A stretch of 62,795 nt of DNA, counting the filler. It is 5 parts of 5 records of this genome, joined end to end, with 100 filler letters (N's around TTAATTAATTAA, not from the genome) between each part and the next. Parts side by side here need not be neighbours in the genome. Positions count along the whole stretch, not along the records: positions 31,437 to 50,140 come from SRR20825006_1052; 4 more parts are not named here. One strand, written 5' to 3'. Each line of letters starts with the position of its first letter. Positions within the stretch are counted from its first letter, which is position 1. The position numbers were made by a program, and so were the translations under genes. This document shows positions 37,541 through 47,974 of this stretch, piece after piece. The notes beneath the pieces were generated by a model. The model saw only the letters and a list, made by a program, of their open reading frames with translations. It was not told where the DNA came from and made no database searches.

Positions 37541-39184
37541 TCATGTTTGAATAACACCAACGTTATATGGTTTCTCTGCCTTTTTATGACTCGCCATCTC
37601 AATTCCCATAGAGATCACTTTTCGCGTTTCTAGTGGATTAATGATTGCATCGACCCATAATCTACTTGCCGCATAATAAGGCGAAATTTGTTCGTCGTAC
37701 CTGTTTTTAATTGTATCAAAGAGTTCTTTCTCGCGTTCAGGAGTAATTTCTTCTCCTTTCGATTTCAACGATGCTACTTCAATTTGCAACAATACTTTTG
37801 CCGCAGCTGCACCGCTCATTACAGCAAGTTCAGCAGTTGGCCATGCAACGATTAAACGTGGATCGTAAGCCTTTCCGCACATCGCGTAGTTTCCAGCTCC
37901 GTATGAATTTCCTGTGATGATCGTGAACTTAGGAACGACAGAATTCGCCATGGCACTCACCATTTTCGCACCGTCTTTGATGATTCCACCGTGTTCACTT
38001 TTCGATCCCACCATAAATCCAGTAACATCCTGAATAAATACGAGGGGAATGTTCTTTTGATTACAATTCATTATAAATCGCGCAGATTTGTCCGCTGAAT
38101 CAGAATAGATCACTCCGCCAAATTGCATTTCGCCTTTTGCGTTTTTCACAATCTCTCGCTGATTCGCTACAATTCCAACGCTCCAACCATCTACACGTGC
38201 ATATCCGCACACGATGGATTGACCATAATTTTCTTTGTACTCCGTAAATTTAGAATCATCTACTAGGCAGTTGATAATATCGCGGACATTGTACGGTTTC
38301 GAACGATCTGCAGGAAGGATTCCATAAATATCGCGCTCATTTTCTTTCGGAGGAGCCGATTCTTTTCTATCAAATCCTGCATTTTCAGGTTGACCGATTT
38401 TATCCATTAAATCGCGAATCGTAGACAAACATTCCTCATCTGTCTCTACGTTGTAATCGCATACGCCAGAAATTTCAGTGTGCGTTGTCGCTCCACCCAA
38501 TGTCTCATTATCAATCGATTCACCAATGGCTGCCTTAACGAGGTAAGAACCTGCAAGGAAAATAGTTCCAGTTTTATTTACAATTAAGGATTCGTCAGAC
38601 ATGATAGGTAAGTACGCGCCACCTGCGACACAACTTCCCATAACGGCAGCTATTTGAACAATTCCCATAGAACTCATTACAGCATTGTTTCGGAAAATTC
38701 TCCCGAAGTGCTCTTTGTCAGGGAAAATTTCATCTTGCATCGGAAGGAATACTCCCGCAGAATCTACCAAATAGATAATCGGTAAACGATTCTCCATCGC
38801 AATCTCTTGAGCTCGAAGGTTCTTTTTTCCTGTGATTGGAAACCATGCACCAGCTTTTACTGTAGCATCATTCGCAACAACAATACATTGCTTCCCGCTT
38901 ACATATCCAATCACAACAACAACGCCTCCAGATGGACATCCGCCGTGCTCTTTATACATTCCGTAACCAGCTATCGCGCCAATTTCAATTCTTTCAGCGT
39001 CTGGATCCAATAATAAGTCAATGCGCTCTCTTGCAGTTAACTTACCTTGACTATGAAGTTTTTCGATGCGTTTTTTTCCACCGCCCTCATAGATCTTTCC
39101 CAATTCGCGCTCAAGTGCAGAAATCTTGAGGCGCATTTCATCGTCATTCTTATTAAATTCTAGTTCCTTCGGAGAAATAGCCAT
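37541..39184 (-). CDS. Acyl-CoA carboxylase carboxyltransferase (beta) subunit, methylcrotonyl/propionyl-CoA type
   Basis: GKLTARERI, NDATVKAG, GSCVAGGAY, DVTGFMVG, SYGAGNYAMCG. Confidence 0.93.
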   Translation of the reverse strand: MAISPKELEFNKNDDEMRLKISALERELGKIYEGGGKKRIEKLHSQGKLTARERIDLLLDPDAERIEIGAIAGYGMYKEHGGCPSGGVVVVIGYVSGKQCIVVANDATVKAGAWFPITGKKNLRAQEIAMENRLPIIYLVDSAGVFLPMQDEIFPDKEHFGRIFRNNAVMSSMGIVQIAAVMGSCVAGGAYLPIMSDESLIVNKTGTIFLAGSYLVKAAIGESIDNETLGGATTHTEISGVCDYNVETDEECLSTIRDLMDKIGQPENAGFDRKESAPPKENERDIYGILPADRSKPYNVRDIINCLVDDSKFTEYKENYGQSIVCGYARVDGWSVGIVANQREIVKNAKGEMQFGGVIYSDSADKSARFIMNCNQKNIPLVFIQDVTGFMVGSKSEHGGIIKDGAKMVSAMANSVVPKFTIITGNSYGAGNYAMCGKAYDPRLIVAWPTAELAVMSGAAAAKVLLQIEVASLKSKGEEITPEREKELFDTIKNRYDEQISPYYAASRLWVDAIINPLETRKVISMGIEMASHKKAEKPYNVGVIQT

Positions 39185-39206
39185 AGTTCAATTTTCTTAA
39201 GTGGCT

Positions 39207-39214
39207 CAAATATA
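39207..39214 (-). promoter_or_regulatory. Bacteroidota -7 promoter element
   Basis: TATATTTG on the minus strand, upstream of the carboxylase gene. Confidence 0.6.
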
Positions 39215-39340
39215 CACATTCTGTTTTGTGACTTTAACACGATTCGCGATTTCTTGATGAACGGCGTGAAGCACAAATACACGGAGATAATCCACAGTGA
39301 AATGTTTATATTCTCTCAGAAGAAGTTGATCAGATAGCGT

Positions 39341-39348
39341 TAAATTTG
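39341..39348 (+). promoter_or_regulatory. Bacteroidota -7 promoter element
   Basis: TAAATTTG ending 4 nt before the pcm ATG. Confidence 0.65.
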
Positions 39349-39352
39349 CACC

Positions 39353-39994
39353 ATGCAAGATTCGTACAGATATAAAGGAATGCGTCGAAAGTTAATCTCT
39401 GAGCTTAGAGAAAAGGGAATTTCCGATGAGAGAGTGTTAAATGCATTTGATTCCATTCCTCGTCACTTTTTCTTAGACAACGCGTTTGCAGAGCAGGCGT
39501 ATACGAATATGGCATTTCAAATCGGGTCAGGACAAACGATCAGTCACCCGTATACCGTAGCATTTCAAACAATGCTTCTGGATATCCAAAAAGGGGAGAA
39601 GATCCTTGAAATTGGTTCTGGATCTGGGTTTCAAACGTGCATTTTGTGCGAAATGGGAGCGAAAGTGTTCAGTATCGAACGTCATCGTCCGCTTCATTTG
39701 AAAGCAAAAGAAATGGTGCGACATTTTAATTTCAACGCTAGACTTAGCTTTGGAGATGGTTATAAAGGCTTGCCGACATTTGCTCCGTTTGATAAAATCA
39801 TTATTACATGCGGTGCGCCAGAAATTCCAATGGATTTGGTAGATCAACTTAAATTAGGTGGATTAATGATTATTCCCGTGGGAGAAGGCGCCGAGCAAAT
39901 GATGAAACTAATTGTTAAAACCGAAAATGGATTTCTCGAAGACGATTTGGGAGTGTTCAGTTTTGTACCAATGCTTCAAGATAAGGTGAAGTAA
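39353..39994 (+). CDS. pcm: Protein-L-isoaspartate O-methyltransferase
   Basis: PRHFF, GQTISHPY, LEIGSGSG, GDGYKG...APFDKII, FVPM. Confidence 0.95.
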   Translation: MQDSYRYKGMRRKLISELREKGISDERVLNAFDSIPRHFFLDNAFAEQAYTNMAFQIGSGQTISHPYTVAFQTMLLDIQKGEKILEIGSGSGFQTCILCEMGAKVFSIERHRPLHLKAKEMVRHFNFNARLSFGDGYKGLPTFAPFDKIIITCGAPEIPMDLVDQLKLGGLMIIPVGEGAEQMMKLIVKTENGFLEDDLGVFSFVPMLQDKVK

Positions 39995-40033
39995 TTACTT
40001 TTTTTACTGATATTAGCATCAAAAAAACTAATC

Positions 40034-40756
40034 ATGATTAAACTGAAAGATAACGAGCAACGTTCTAAGAACGCCATATTAACAATGTGGTTTATTCTTG
40101 GAGGTGTAATATTAGGATTGATAATTGAACTCTATTCAATAAAAGTACTTTTTGACTTAAAGAATTTAGAATATGGAAATCTTACTTATTTATCAGAAGG
40201 TTTACAGTCTGGACCTGTGCTTATACTACTTGGGTTTGGAGGATTGATTCTACTCGCTGTAAACGTCATTGCCATAGTGTATTTCATAATGTGGTTCAGA
40301 CGGGCTTATTGGAATTTACACCAATTAACAAATGGACTTCAGTATAGCGAGGGATGGGCTGCTGGAGCTTGGTTTATTCCTGTTTTTAGCTGGTTTGGAC
40401 CATTCCAGATTGCTAAAGAACTCTTCACAAAAACGGAAGGTTTGTTAGTAGCAGAAGGATTGATCGAAGCAAATCCCAAGAGAATGAAAATAGCAGGTGT
40501 TTGGTGGACTTTGTGGATAATCTCTTCAATTTTGGGAGCCATCGCTAATCAAGGCGATAAAATCAACGATATTGATGGTCAAATTATATTCGGTTTTCTA
40601 AGTATAGTTGCATCGTCGATCTCTATCATTGCTGCAATTTTTGCAGTTAAAATGATTAAGGAATACCACAAAATGGAAGTGCTTTTGTCAAAATTACAAA
40701 GTGGAGTGGCAACGATTCGTTTAGACGATAATGACCTTCTTGATTCGGGAATGTAA
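40034..40756 (+). CDS. DUF4328-like membrane protein
   Basis: Four TM helices; WFRRAYWNL...GWAAGAWFIP...WW motif. Confidence 0.75.
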   Translation: MIKLKDNEQRSKNAILTMWFILGGVILGLIIELYSIKVLFDLKNLEYGNLTYLSEGLQSGPVLILLGFGGLILLAVNVIAIVYFIMWFRRAYWNLHQLTNGLQYSEGWAAGAWFIPVFSWFGPFQIAKELFTKTEGLLVAEGLIEANPKRMKIAGVWWTLWIISSILGAIANQGDKINDIDGQIIFGFLSIVASSISIIAAIFAVKMIKEYHKMEVLLSKLQSGVATIRLDDNDLLDSGM

Positions 40757-40816
40757 AACTAATTAAAGCAGTCAGTGATTAATCATCTTAAAATTCGTAG
40801 CAAAAAACATTCAACT

Positions 40817-41878
40817 ATGAAAGCCATTTACGTTCTACTATTCTGTGTGTTACCTTTAGCTGTAGCAGCACAAACGGAGAAAGAAAAAGAAGCAAGAGAC
40901 CTTTGTATAACTGCCATCGAAAAAATGGATAAAGGAGAAATTGAGGAATCGATTGTTCTTTTGAAAAAAGCGCAAAAGCTAGATCCAAAGAATTTGGACT
41001 ATCAATACGAGATGGGATTTGCATACACGCTAAAAAAAGACTACAAAAAAGCGATTTCCATTTTGCAAAAGATCACGGATGATAAAAATACATTCCCTCG
41101 CGCTTACCAATTATTAGGAAATACTTACGACTATAACGGACAATCCGATTTGGCAATCAAAACCTATGAAGAAGGACTCAAGAAATTCCCGAAATCAGGG
41201 GAGTTATATTTGGAGCGCGGAAATATGGAACTGGCGAATGACAAGTTTAATGCAGCGCTCGATTATTACATAAAAGGGACACTTGAAGATCCTGAGTTTC
41301 CATCAAACTACTATTGGTGTGCAAGAATTTACATGAATTCAGAGGATCGATATTTAGGTTTAATTTATGCTGAACTATTTATGAATCTCGAAAGAGGATC
41401 GAAAAGAACAGAGCAAATTAGCCAAGAGATTTTCGATACCTATACAAAGGCAATTACGATCACTAGCGACACCTCAATGAGAATTGATATCTCAAGTGAT
41501 AAAATAGTACTCAATGATCTTGAGAATTTCAAATTGCCTTATGGCCTTTCTGTTTATGCACCCATTTTTTCAATTAGTTGTGCTCTAATGAAGGACGTTA
41601 CAATTGGATCGTTGAATAAAGTTCGCACGACGTTTGTAGATCAGTATTACGAAGCGGGACACAATGAAACATTTCCAATTGTACTTTTCGAATACCAGAA
41701 AAAAGTAAAGAAAGAAGGGCATTTTGAAGCATACAATCATTGGTTGATGATGAAAGGAAATGAAGATGAATTTAAAACTTGGCTAGAGGCAAACAGTGAT
41801 AAATGGTCTGGGTTTATTTATTGGTACAATGACAATCCCATAGAAATAACCGAAAAAACGCGATTTATTCAACCATAA
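40817..41878 (+). CDS. Secreted tetratricopeptide-repeat protein
   Basis: Signal peptide ending AAQ; TPR-like helical repeats. Confidence 0.85.
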   Translation: MKAIYVLLFCVLPLAVAAQTEKEKEARDLCITAIEKMDKGEIEESIVLLKKAQKLDPKNLDYQYEMGFAYTLKKDYKKAISILQKITDDKNTFPRAYQLLGNTYDYNGQSDLAIKTYEEGLKKFPKSGELYLERGNMELANDKFNAALDYYIKGTLEDPEFPSNYYWCARIYMNSEDRYLGLIYAELFMNLERGSKRTEQISQEIFDTYTKAITITSDTSMRIDISSDKIVLNDLENFKLPYGLSVYAPIFSISCALMKDVTIGSLNKVRTTFVDQYYEAGHNETFPIVLFEYQKKVKKEGHFEAYNHWLMMKGNEDEFKTWLEANSDKWSGFIYWYNDNPIEITEKTRFIQP

Positions 41879-41920
41879 GAGTCGATTTGACTCATAGTTT
41901 TCCAAGAGAAAGATAAAAGC

Positions 41921-41958
41921 AAAAAAAGAGCGGTGAATTCAAATTCACCGCTCTTTTT
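41921..41958. terminator. Bidirectional intrinsic terminator
   Basis: AAAAAAAGAGCGGTGAAT...ATTCACCGCTCTTTTTT. Confidence 0.9.
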
Positions 41959-41977
41959 ACAATAATGTTTACGAGGA

Positions 41978-42928
41978 TTAGTGTCCTTTAGCTGCTAAGT
42001 AACGCTCTGCATCCAATGCTGCCATACATCCCGTTCCTGCCGCAGTAACAGCTTGACGATATGTTTTATCCGCTGCATCACCTGCTACGAAAACTCCAGG
42101 CACATTCGTTTTCGAGGTTCCAGCTTGCTCGTATTTAATGTAACCTGTTTCATCTAGGTTAATATAATCCTTAAATATGTCCGTATTTGGTTTGTGACCA
42201 ATCGCTACGAAGAAACCTGTACAAGGAATTTCTTTCAATTCTCCCGTTACTGAATTTTTCACACGAACACCAGTTACACCTTGTCCATCACCTAAAACTT
42301 CATCCGTATTCGTGTTGAATAAGATTTCAATATTTGGCGTATTCTTAACACGTTCTGCCATGATTTTTGAAGCTCTAAACTCATCACGACGAACCAACAT
42401 GGTTACTTTTGTGCATAATTTTGAAAGGTAGTGTGCCTCTTCACACGCTGAATCTCCAGCGCCAACAATTACTGTTTCTTGACCACGGTAAAAGAACCCA
42501 TCACAAACCGCACACGCTGAAACCCCACCACCAATTTTCAAATAGTGTTGTTCACTTTCTAGACCTAAATACTTAGCTGAAGCTCCAGTTGAGATAATGA
42601 TTGTATCTGCATGAATTTCAGTACCATCTTCTACCCAAGCCTTATGAACATCACCAGAGAAATCAACCTTGTTTATGAATCCAAAACGAACATCTGTTTC
42701 AAATCTTTTTGCTTGCGCTTCAAGTTGAATCATCATTTCTGGACCAGTTACACCATCCGGATAACCAGGGAAATTTTCTACTTCATTTGTTGTTGTAAGC
42801 TGTCCTCCAGGCTGCATTCCTTGATATAAGACAGGCTTCATATCAGCTCTTGCTGCATATATTGCAGCCGTAAATCCAGCAGGGCCAGAACCAATAATTA
42901 AGCACTTTACTTTTTCTATTTCGCTCAT
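41978..42928 (-). CDS. trxB: Thioredoxin reductase
   Basis: GSGPAG, GGQL, CAVCDG, GAGDSA, YRQAVTAAGTG. Confidence 0.97.
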   Translation of the reverse strand: MSEIEKVKCLIIGSGPAGFTAAIYAARADMKPVLYQGMQPGGQLTTTNEVENFPGYPDGVTGPEMMIQLEAQAKRFETDVRFGFINKVDFSGDVHKAWVEDGTEIHADTIIISTGASAKYLGLESEQHYLKIGGGVSACAVCDGFFYRGQETVIVGAGDSACEEAHYLSKLCTKVTMLVRRDEFRASKIMAERVKNTPNIEILFNTNTDEVLGDGQGVTGVRVKNSVTGELKEIPCTGFFVAIGHKPNTDIFKDYINLDETGYIKYEQAGTSKTNVPGVFVAGDAADKTYRQAVTAAGTGCMAALDAERYLAAKGH

Positions 42929-42965
42929 TTTATTTTAACTAATGTTTATTCTTTAGACGTAGGAA

Positions 42966-43096
42966 CAAAAGTAACATTTCGCGAAATATGTTGGGTCGCT
43001 TTTCTCCTTAGAAGAGGCAAGCTTAGGAATTCAAGTATTTAATTCTCCGAATAAAGCACTTTAATTTGTGTTTTCATTAAAAAGACACTAGCTTTG
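42966..43096. promoter_or_regulatory. Divergent Bacteroidota promoters
   Basis: TACTTTTG on minus (42966-42973) for trxB; TAGCTTTG on plus (43089-43096) for the helicase. Confidence 0.6.
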
Positions 43097-43121
43097 TAGC
43101 CGCATTTTTGCAGGAAAAAAT

Positions 43122-44633
43122 ATGATTGATACGGAACTTTACGAAGCCAAAGTGCTTTACCCTTTTCAGGAGAAAACAGTAAAATTACTTCTAAAAGAAC
43201 TTCATGATAATGGGAAAGATTTCAATCTTTTGTTTCAATTACCTACGGGTGGAGGTAAGACCGTGATTTTCTCTGAAATTGCTCGGAATTACATTGAGCA
43301 AACGAATGAAAAGGTACTTATTTTAACACATAGGATTGAACTTTCTGTTCAGACATCAAAGCAACTTTCGGCAATTGGTGTTGGAAATAAGATCATTAAC
43401 AGCGAGGTAAAGACGATTCCTGATCAAACGGAATTTAACTGCTTCATTGCAATGGTTGAAACACTAAACAACCGATTAAGCGACGATGAGAACTTTATCA
43501 AAGGTGTAGGCCTGGTAATTGTTGATGAGGCGCACTATAATAGCTTTAGAAAGATTTTCCAGTATTATGAGAATGCAAATATACTTGGTGTAACAGCGAC
43601 ACCTTTGAGCAGTAACAAAGCACTTCCCCTAAACGATAACTATAATAAGTTACTAGTTGGTGAAAGCATTTCTTCTCTTATCGAATCGGGATACTTGGCG
43701 GATGCGGATTCATATACATACGATGTAAACCTTCACGGTTTGAAAATTGGTTCGAATGGCGACTTTACAGTAAGTAGCTCTGACGTGGTTTACGGGAACT
43801 ATTTCATGCAAGAAAAGTTACTTTTTGCTTATGAAGAAGTTGCAGTAGGGAATAAGACGTTGATTTTTAACTCAGGAATTGATACATCTCTTCGTGTTGA
43901 GGAAACGTTTAAAAAACGCGGTTTCCCAATTCGACACTTGGATTCAACATTTAGCGATAAGGATAGAAAAGATGTATTGAGCTGGTTTAAGAAAACACCT
44001 GATGCGATTCTTTCGTCAGTTGGGATTTTGACAACAGGATTTGATGAGCCAACAGTTGAGACAATTATACTAAATAGAGCCACGCGTTCTTTAACATTGT
44101 ATCACCAGATGATCGGGCGTGGATCGCGAAAGCTGCCTAAAAAAGACCGATTTAAGGTCATCGACTTAGGGAATAATGTTCGACGATTCGGCTTGTGGCA
44201 AGATTATTTGAATTGGCAAGATGCCTTCCGTTTTCCAGATAGGTTCTTAGAAGCAAGATTAAGCGAAACAGAGGATCTAGAATTTGAAACAGAATTTGAA
44301 TTCCCTAGAGGATCAGAAGAAATTTTAAACGTTAAAGAACTGGAAGAATTCAGTATCAAAGATGTTTACTACGATTGCGTTGACCGCGGATTAAAAGGGA
44401 AAGAGGCAGTAGATTTATCTCTTGAGAATCACTTTAAAGTAATTTGTGATGCGGCGGAAGATTATTTTCATGGGCTTGAACTTATGGAAATGTTGAAAGA
44501 CCACATCGAGCATCGCTTGAAGCACTACACAAAATGTATCACGAAAAGTACTCCGAATTACTTGAAGTATATCAGCGAAACATACGTGCGACAGTTAAGA
44601 CAGAAACTTAGAGCAAATCTCGAAGACGAATAA
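43122..44633 (+). CDS. SF2 DEAD/DEAH-box helicase (ResIII/RadD-like)
   Basis: PTGGGKT, DEAH, TATP, TTGFDEP, QMIGRG. Confidence 0.92.
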   Translation: MIDTELYEAKVLYPFQEKTVKLLLKELHDNGKDFNLLFQLPTGGGKTVIFSEIARNYIEQTNEKVLILTHRIELSVQTSKQLSAIGVGNKIINSEVKTIPDQTEFNCFIAMVETLNNRLSDDENFIKGVGLVIVDEAHYNSFRKIFQYYENANILGVTATPLSSNKALPLNDNYNKLLVGESISSLIESGYLADADSYTYDVNLHGLKIGSNGDFTVSSSDVVYGNYFMQEKLLFAYEEVAVGNKTLIFNSGIDTSLRVEETFKKRGFPIRHLDSTFSDKDRKDVLSWFKKTPDAILSSVGILTTGFDEPTVETIILNRATRSLTLYHQMIGRGSRKLPKKDRFKVIDLGNNVRRFGLWQDYLNWQDAFRFPDRFLEARLSETEDLEFETEFEFPRGSEEILNVKELEEFSIKDVYYDCVDRGLKGKEAVDLSLENHFKVICDAAEDYFHGLELMEMLKDHIEHRLKHYTKCITKSTPNYLKYISETYVRQLRQKLRANLEDE

Positions 44634-44699
44634 ATAAAGCGCTTCTGTGGATTTTGAACCAAATGTGCATCTTGCATGTACAGGATCAAAATCAACGCC

Positions 44700-45605
44700 A
44701 TGGGAATCTATATTGACAAGCCTTGTTCTGAAGATTGGAACAAGATGACACCTACAGAATTGGGAGCTTTTTGTAAAAAATGTTCTCTTGAAGTCTACGA
44801 TTTTAGCGGAAAATCACCGATGGAAATCAAACAAGTTTTATTGAATAATCAATCAGGGAGCCTTTGTGGAAGAATTTCCCCGAGTACTTTGGAAACCATG
44901 AACGTTGATTTTCGTGCTTGGGAGAGAAACAATAAACGTTCGTTTCAAAGTATTTTAATCTTCTCTCTAATTGTCGCTTTCGGATTTACACTATTTAGCT
45001 GTAATGAAGAAGAAAAACGGAAATTCGGCGAAATTCAAACTGCTGGACAATCCTTGATTCATGAAAAAAATGAGGTCCCAAAACTCCAGAATGACACGTT
45101 AGTTGTCAGTACTGAAAATGTACAAGCAGTTCCAACAGTAATTCCGAAAGTAGGTAAAGCTGAGATCGAAGTGATTCAAATAGTTCCTGATTTTCCAATT
45201 GAAAACATTCAAGGTGCTATGAGGTATGAGCCAATGGAGTTTGAGGATGTTAACAGAGACATCATGAGGTTGGGTGGAATGGGTTTCACGCCATCATTTA
45301 TTGAATATGTTCAGGAGGATATTGATAGTACGGAATCGGAAGTTAAAGTAGAGTTTTCGGCCAAAGTCTTCCCTAATCCAGCGAGAGAGGCATCGCAATT
45401 GGAACTAGAATTACCTCAAGATATCAATGCGCAGATCAAATTGTTTAATCTTGCTGGAGAACTAGTTAAAAACCTGTATTCGGGTGAACTCGGAGAAGGA
45501 AGGCAAACAATAGAAATGAATTTGAACGGTTTAATTGAAGGGATTTATCTAGTGACAATTCAATCACCTGAATATTCGACCTCCATTAAACTCCGAAAAT
45601 ATTAG
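44700..45605 (+). CDS. T9SS type A C-terminal-domain protein with Cys-rich N-terminal domain
   Basis: PCSEDWNKM...FCKKC...VYDF...CGR N-terminus; C-terminal VFPNP...LFNLAG...GIYLV. Confidence 0.8.
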   Translation: MGIYIDKPCSEDWNKMTPTELGAFCKKCSLEVYDFSGKSPMEIKQVLLNNQSGSLCGRISPSTLETMNVDFRAWERNNKRSFQSILIFSLIVAFGFTLFSCNEEEKRKFGEIQTAGQSLIHEKNEVPKLQNDTLVVSTENVQAVPTVIPKVGKAEIEVIQIVPDFPIENIQGAMRYEPMEFEDVNRDIMRLGGMGFTPSFIEYVQEDIDSTESEVKVEFSAKVFPNPAREASQLELELPQDINAQIKLFNLAGELVKNLYSGELGEGRQTIEMNLNGLIEGIYLVTIQSPEYSTSIKLRKY

Positions 45606-46225
45606 TAGCTCAGAACTAATTCGACGGTATCGAAAGGTACAGTTGTAATTGACTTACTTCCTTGTTGTGTAGTGTTTAACAACCAGTAAATGTATGAATA
45701 CGTCGTGTTTCCATCGTTGATACAGTAAATTGACGTATCGATCAATCCGTTTACATACTGATACGTAGTTGGACAGCAATCGTCGCATTCTTGCTTACCT
45801 TCTTGTTTTATGTATTTCAAAACATCCGATTGACTTCCACTTGTATGTACAAAACGTAAATTCACCCACGATTTAGCAGTTACAAAGAAGTTTCTATAGT
45901 TCGTTTCCTTAATTGATAAATCGGAAAGAGAAAATTCATCTTCCTTAGAAAAGTAATCATTTTTCGAAACTTGAATAATGTAAGATTCTGTTTTATCGCG
46001 GTTAAATTCAAATGAATAACTGCCATCACTTCCAGTTTGTGTCGATGCAATTTGCTTATATGAAGAACTCCCAATAGAAAGTTGAAACAGCTTTACATCA
46101 GCGCCCTCAAGCGGCTGTCCAAATGTAAGGTCTAAAATATTTCCATTAATAACAAAACTGGGAGTTCCCTTATTACAAGAGAATAACAACAGCAGAAGAA
46201 AAAGAGGAGCGATAAATCTTGACAT
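45602..46225 (-). CDS. Lipoprotein with carboxypeptidase-regulatory-like beta domain
   Basis: Lipobox LFSC; GNILD...PLEGADV...TGSDGSYSF. Confidence 0.7.
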   Translation of the reverse strand: MSRFIAPLFLLLLLFSCNKGTPSFVINGNILDLTFGQPLEGADVKLFQLSIGSSSYKQIASTQTGSDGSYSFEFNRDKTESYIIQVSKNDYFSKEDEFSLSDLSIKETNYRNFFVTAKSWVNLRFVHTSGSQSDVLKYIKQEGKQECDDCCPTTYQYVNGLIDTSIYCINDGNTTYSYIYWLLNTTQQGSKSITTVPFDTVELVLSY

Positions 46226-46349
46226 GGTTAAAATTTGAAGTTAAGGTAAGTATGTTCGTCGATTTTTCAAAAGATTCTCGTCTAAAGAATTACATTCAAA
46301 AAGTTTGAGCATCTTTATCGTTGAACCGTTAAATTAAAATTAAAACGCC

Positions 46350-47822
46350 TTGAGTAGTTTAATCAGACAGATCATACGGAATACTGCCACTAGAATTATG
46401 TTGGTAATTTACCTTCTAATTATTGGTATTTCTGGATTTTATATCACTTTTGGTTATTACAATGCACTCAAACTTCAGGAAATTCGACAATACGACAAGT
46501 TGAAATCAATCGTTAGTTCACTGGCGTTAGTCATGGACGGAGATGCAGTAGAAAGAATGTTGAACAAATATCCTGAAAAAGATGGAATACATTCAATTTC
46601 AGATGACAGTACCTATTTGATGTACAATGCACTGTTTTCTCAGGTGGCTAAAATTAATCACCTAGAACAGCCCATTTATACACTCACATACGATCAGGAA
46701 AAAAGAATCTTTGTTCAGGGAATTCGCTCGGGTGAAAATGTTTATTTCCGCCATGAATACGTGCGTTTTCCGAAAGAGTTAGTGGATAAAATGGAAATAG
46801 GAGGTACACTTCCAAGGTATTCATCCGAAAATGGGGTTTGGCTGTCTGCTTTTCATCCAGTGAAAAACAAGGCCGGTGACTTAGTCTGCGTCCTAGAAGC
46901 TGATGTAGACTTTTCGAAGTTCATGATGATGGTTCGAAAAGATTACTTGGAGGCAATTTTAATTACGCTACTTATTATAGCTAGTCTCGCAGTTGTACTT
47001 TCCATTTACGCTCGAAAAATCTTAAGGAATGATCAAGAGCAAAAAAAACTGCTTATTCGTCAGAAAACAGAGATTGAGACAAAAAATAGAGATATTAATG
47101 ATTCAATTCGATATGCACTAAATATTCAAGAAGCATTCCTTCCTCCAAGACCGAAGTTTTCGACAAATTTTAGTGATCATTTTATTGTTTATTTACCTAA
47201 AGACATAGTCTCTGGAGATTTTTATTGGTTGGAAGAATCGGGTGATAATGTTTTCTTCGCTTTGGGTGATTGTACAGGGCATGGAGTTCCAGGTGCAATG
47301 GTGAGTGTAGTGTGCTCAAATGCAATGAATCGAATTATGACCTTAGGGGAGTTTAATTCAACGGGAAGCTTTTTGGGGCAGGTCGATGATCTTGTTTCTG
47401 GTCGCTTTTCAAAAGGATATGATGGGATGGACATTGCCCTCTGTAACCTTGATAAAAATACGTTAACTCTAGAGTTCTCTGGGGCGAACAATGGAATTTT
47501 AGTGCTTTCAAATGGGGAACTTTTGAAAATACCATCAACCAGACAACCGATTGGAAGACATGCAAAAAAGAGTGTTTTTAATGTAGATCACATTCAATTA
47601 AAAAAAGGAGATGTCATTTTTCTTTTCTCAGACGGGTTTGCGGATCAATTCGGAGGAAGTCGTGGAAAAAAAATGGGAATGCAGGAATTAAAGAACTTGT
47701 TACTCAGTTCTTATGGGGAATCAATGATAGAGGTGAAAGAACGTCTCGAAAATCACTTTGCTGAATGGAAGGGAAGTGCAGAACAGGTCGACGATGTTTC
47801 AGTTATTGGAATTCTTATCTAA
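46350..47822 (+). CDS. Membrane sensor PP2C/SpoIIE (RsbU-like) phosphatase
   Basis: Two TM helices around a Cache-like domain; VSGDFY, DCTGHGVPGA, SDGFADQFGG, DDVS. Confidence 0.92.
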   Translation: MSSLIRQIIRNTATRIMLVIYLLIIGISGFYITFGYYNALKLQEIRQYDKLKSIVSSLALVMDGDAVERMLNKYPEKDGIHSISDDSTYLMYNALFSQVAKINHLEQPIYTLTYDQEKRIFVQGIRSGENVYFRHEYVRFPKELVDKMEIGGTLPRYSSENGVWLSAFHPVKNKAGDLVCVLEADVDFSKFMMMVRKDYLEAILITLLIIASLAVVLSIYARKILRNDQEQKKLLIRQKTEIETKNRDINDSIRYALNIQEAFLPPRPKFSTNFSDHFIVYLPKDIVSGDFYWLEESGDNVFFALGDCTGHGVPGAMVSVVCSNAMNRIMTLGEFNSTGSFLGQVDDLVSGRFSKGYDGMDIALCNLDKNTLTLEFSGANNGILVLSNGELLKIPSTRQPIGRHAKKSVFNVDHIQLKKGDVIFLFSDGFADQFGGSRGKKMGMQELKNLLLSSYGESMIEVKERLENHFAEWKGSAEQVDDVSVIGILI

Positions 47823-47943
47823 TGCGATTTATCAGTCTTTTAAGACATTAAGCATTTGCAGTTTTGAACATTATTAAGGATCAATTGTTAATAGTTTTAC
47901 CTATTTTTTTTTTGATCTAAGTGTTCTCCAAACGGGTTTTTTA

Positions 47944-47951
47944 TATATTTG
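47944..47951 (+). promoter_or_regulatory. Bacteroidota -7 promoter element
   Basis: TATATTTG upstream of ATG 47975. Confidence 0.55.
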
Positions 47952-47974
47952 ACCTCAACTATTAAACTATTATT

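Noticed and set aside
43122-44633. SF2 helicase as a restriction or defence component
   Set aside because: No nuclease or methylase partner, and the context beside trxB looks like housekeeping.
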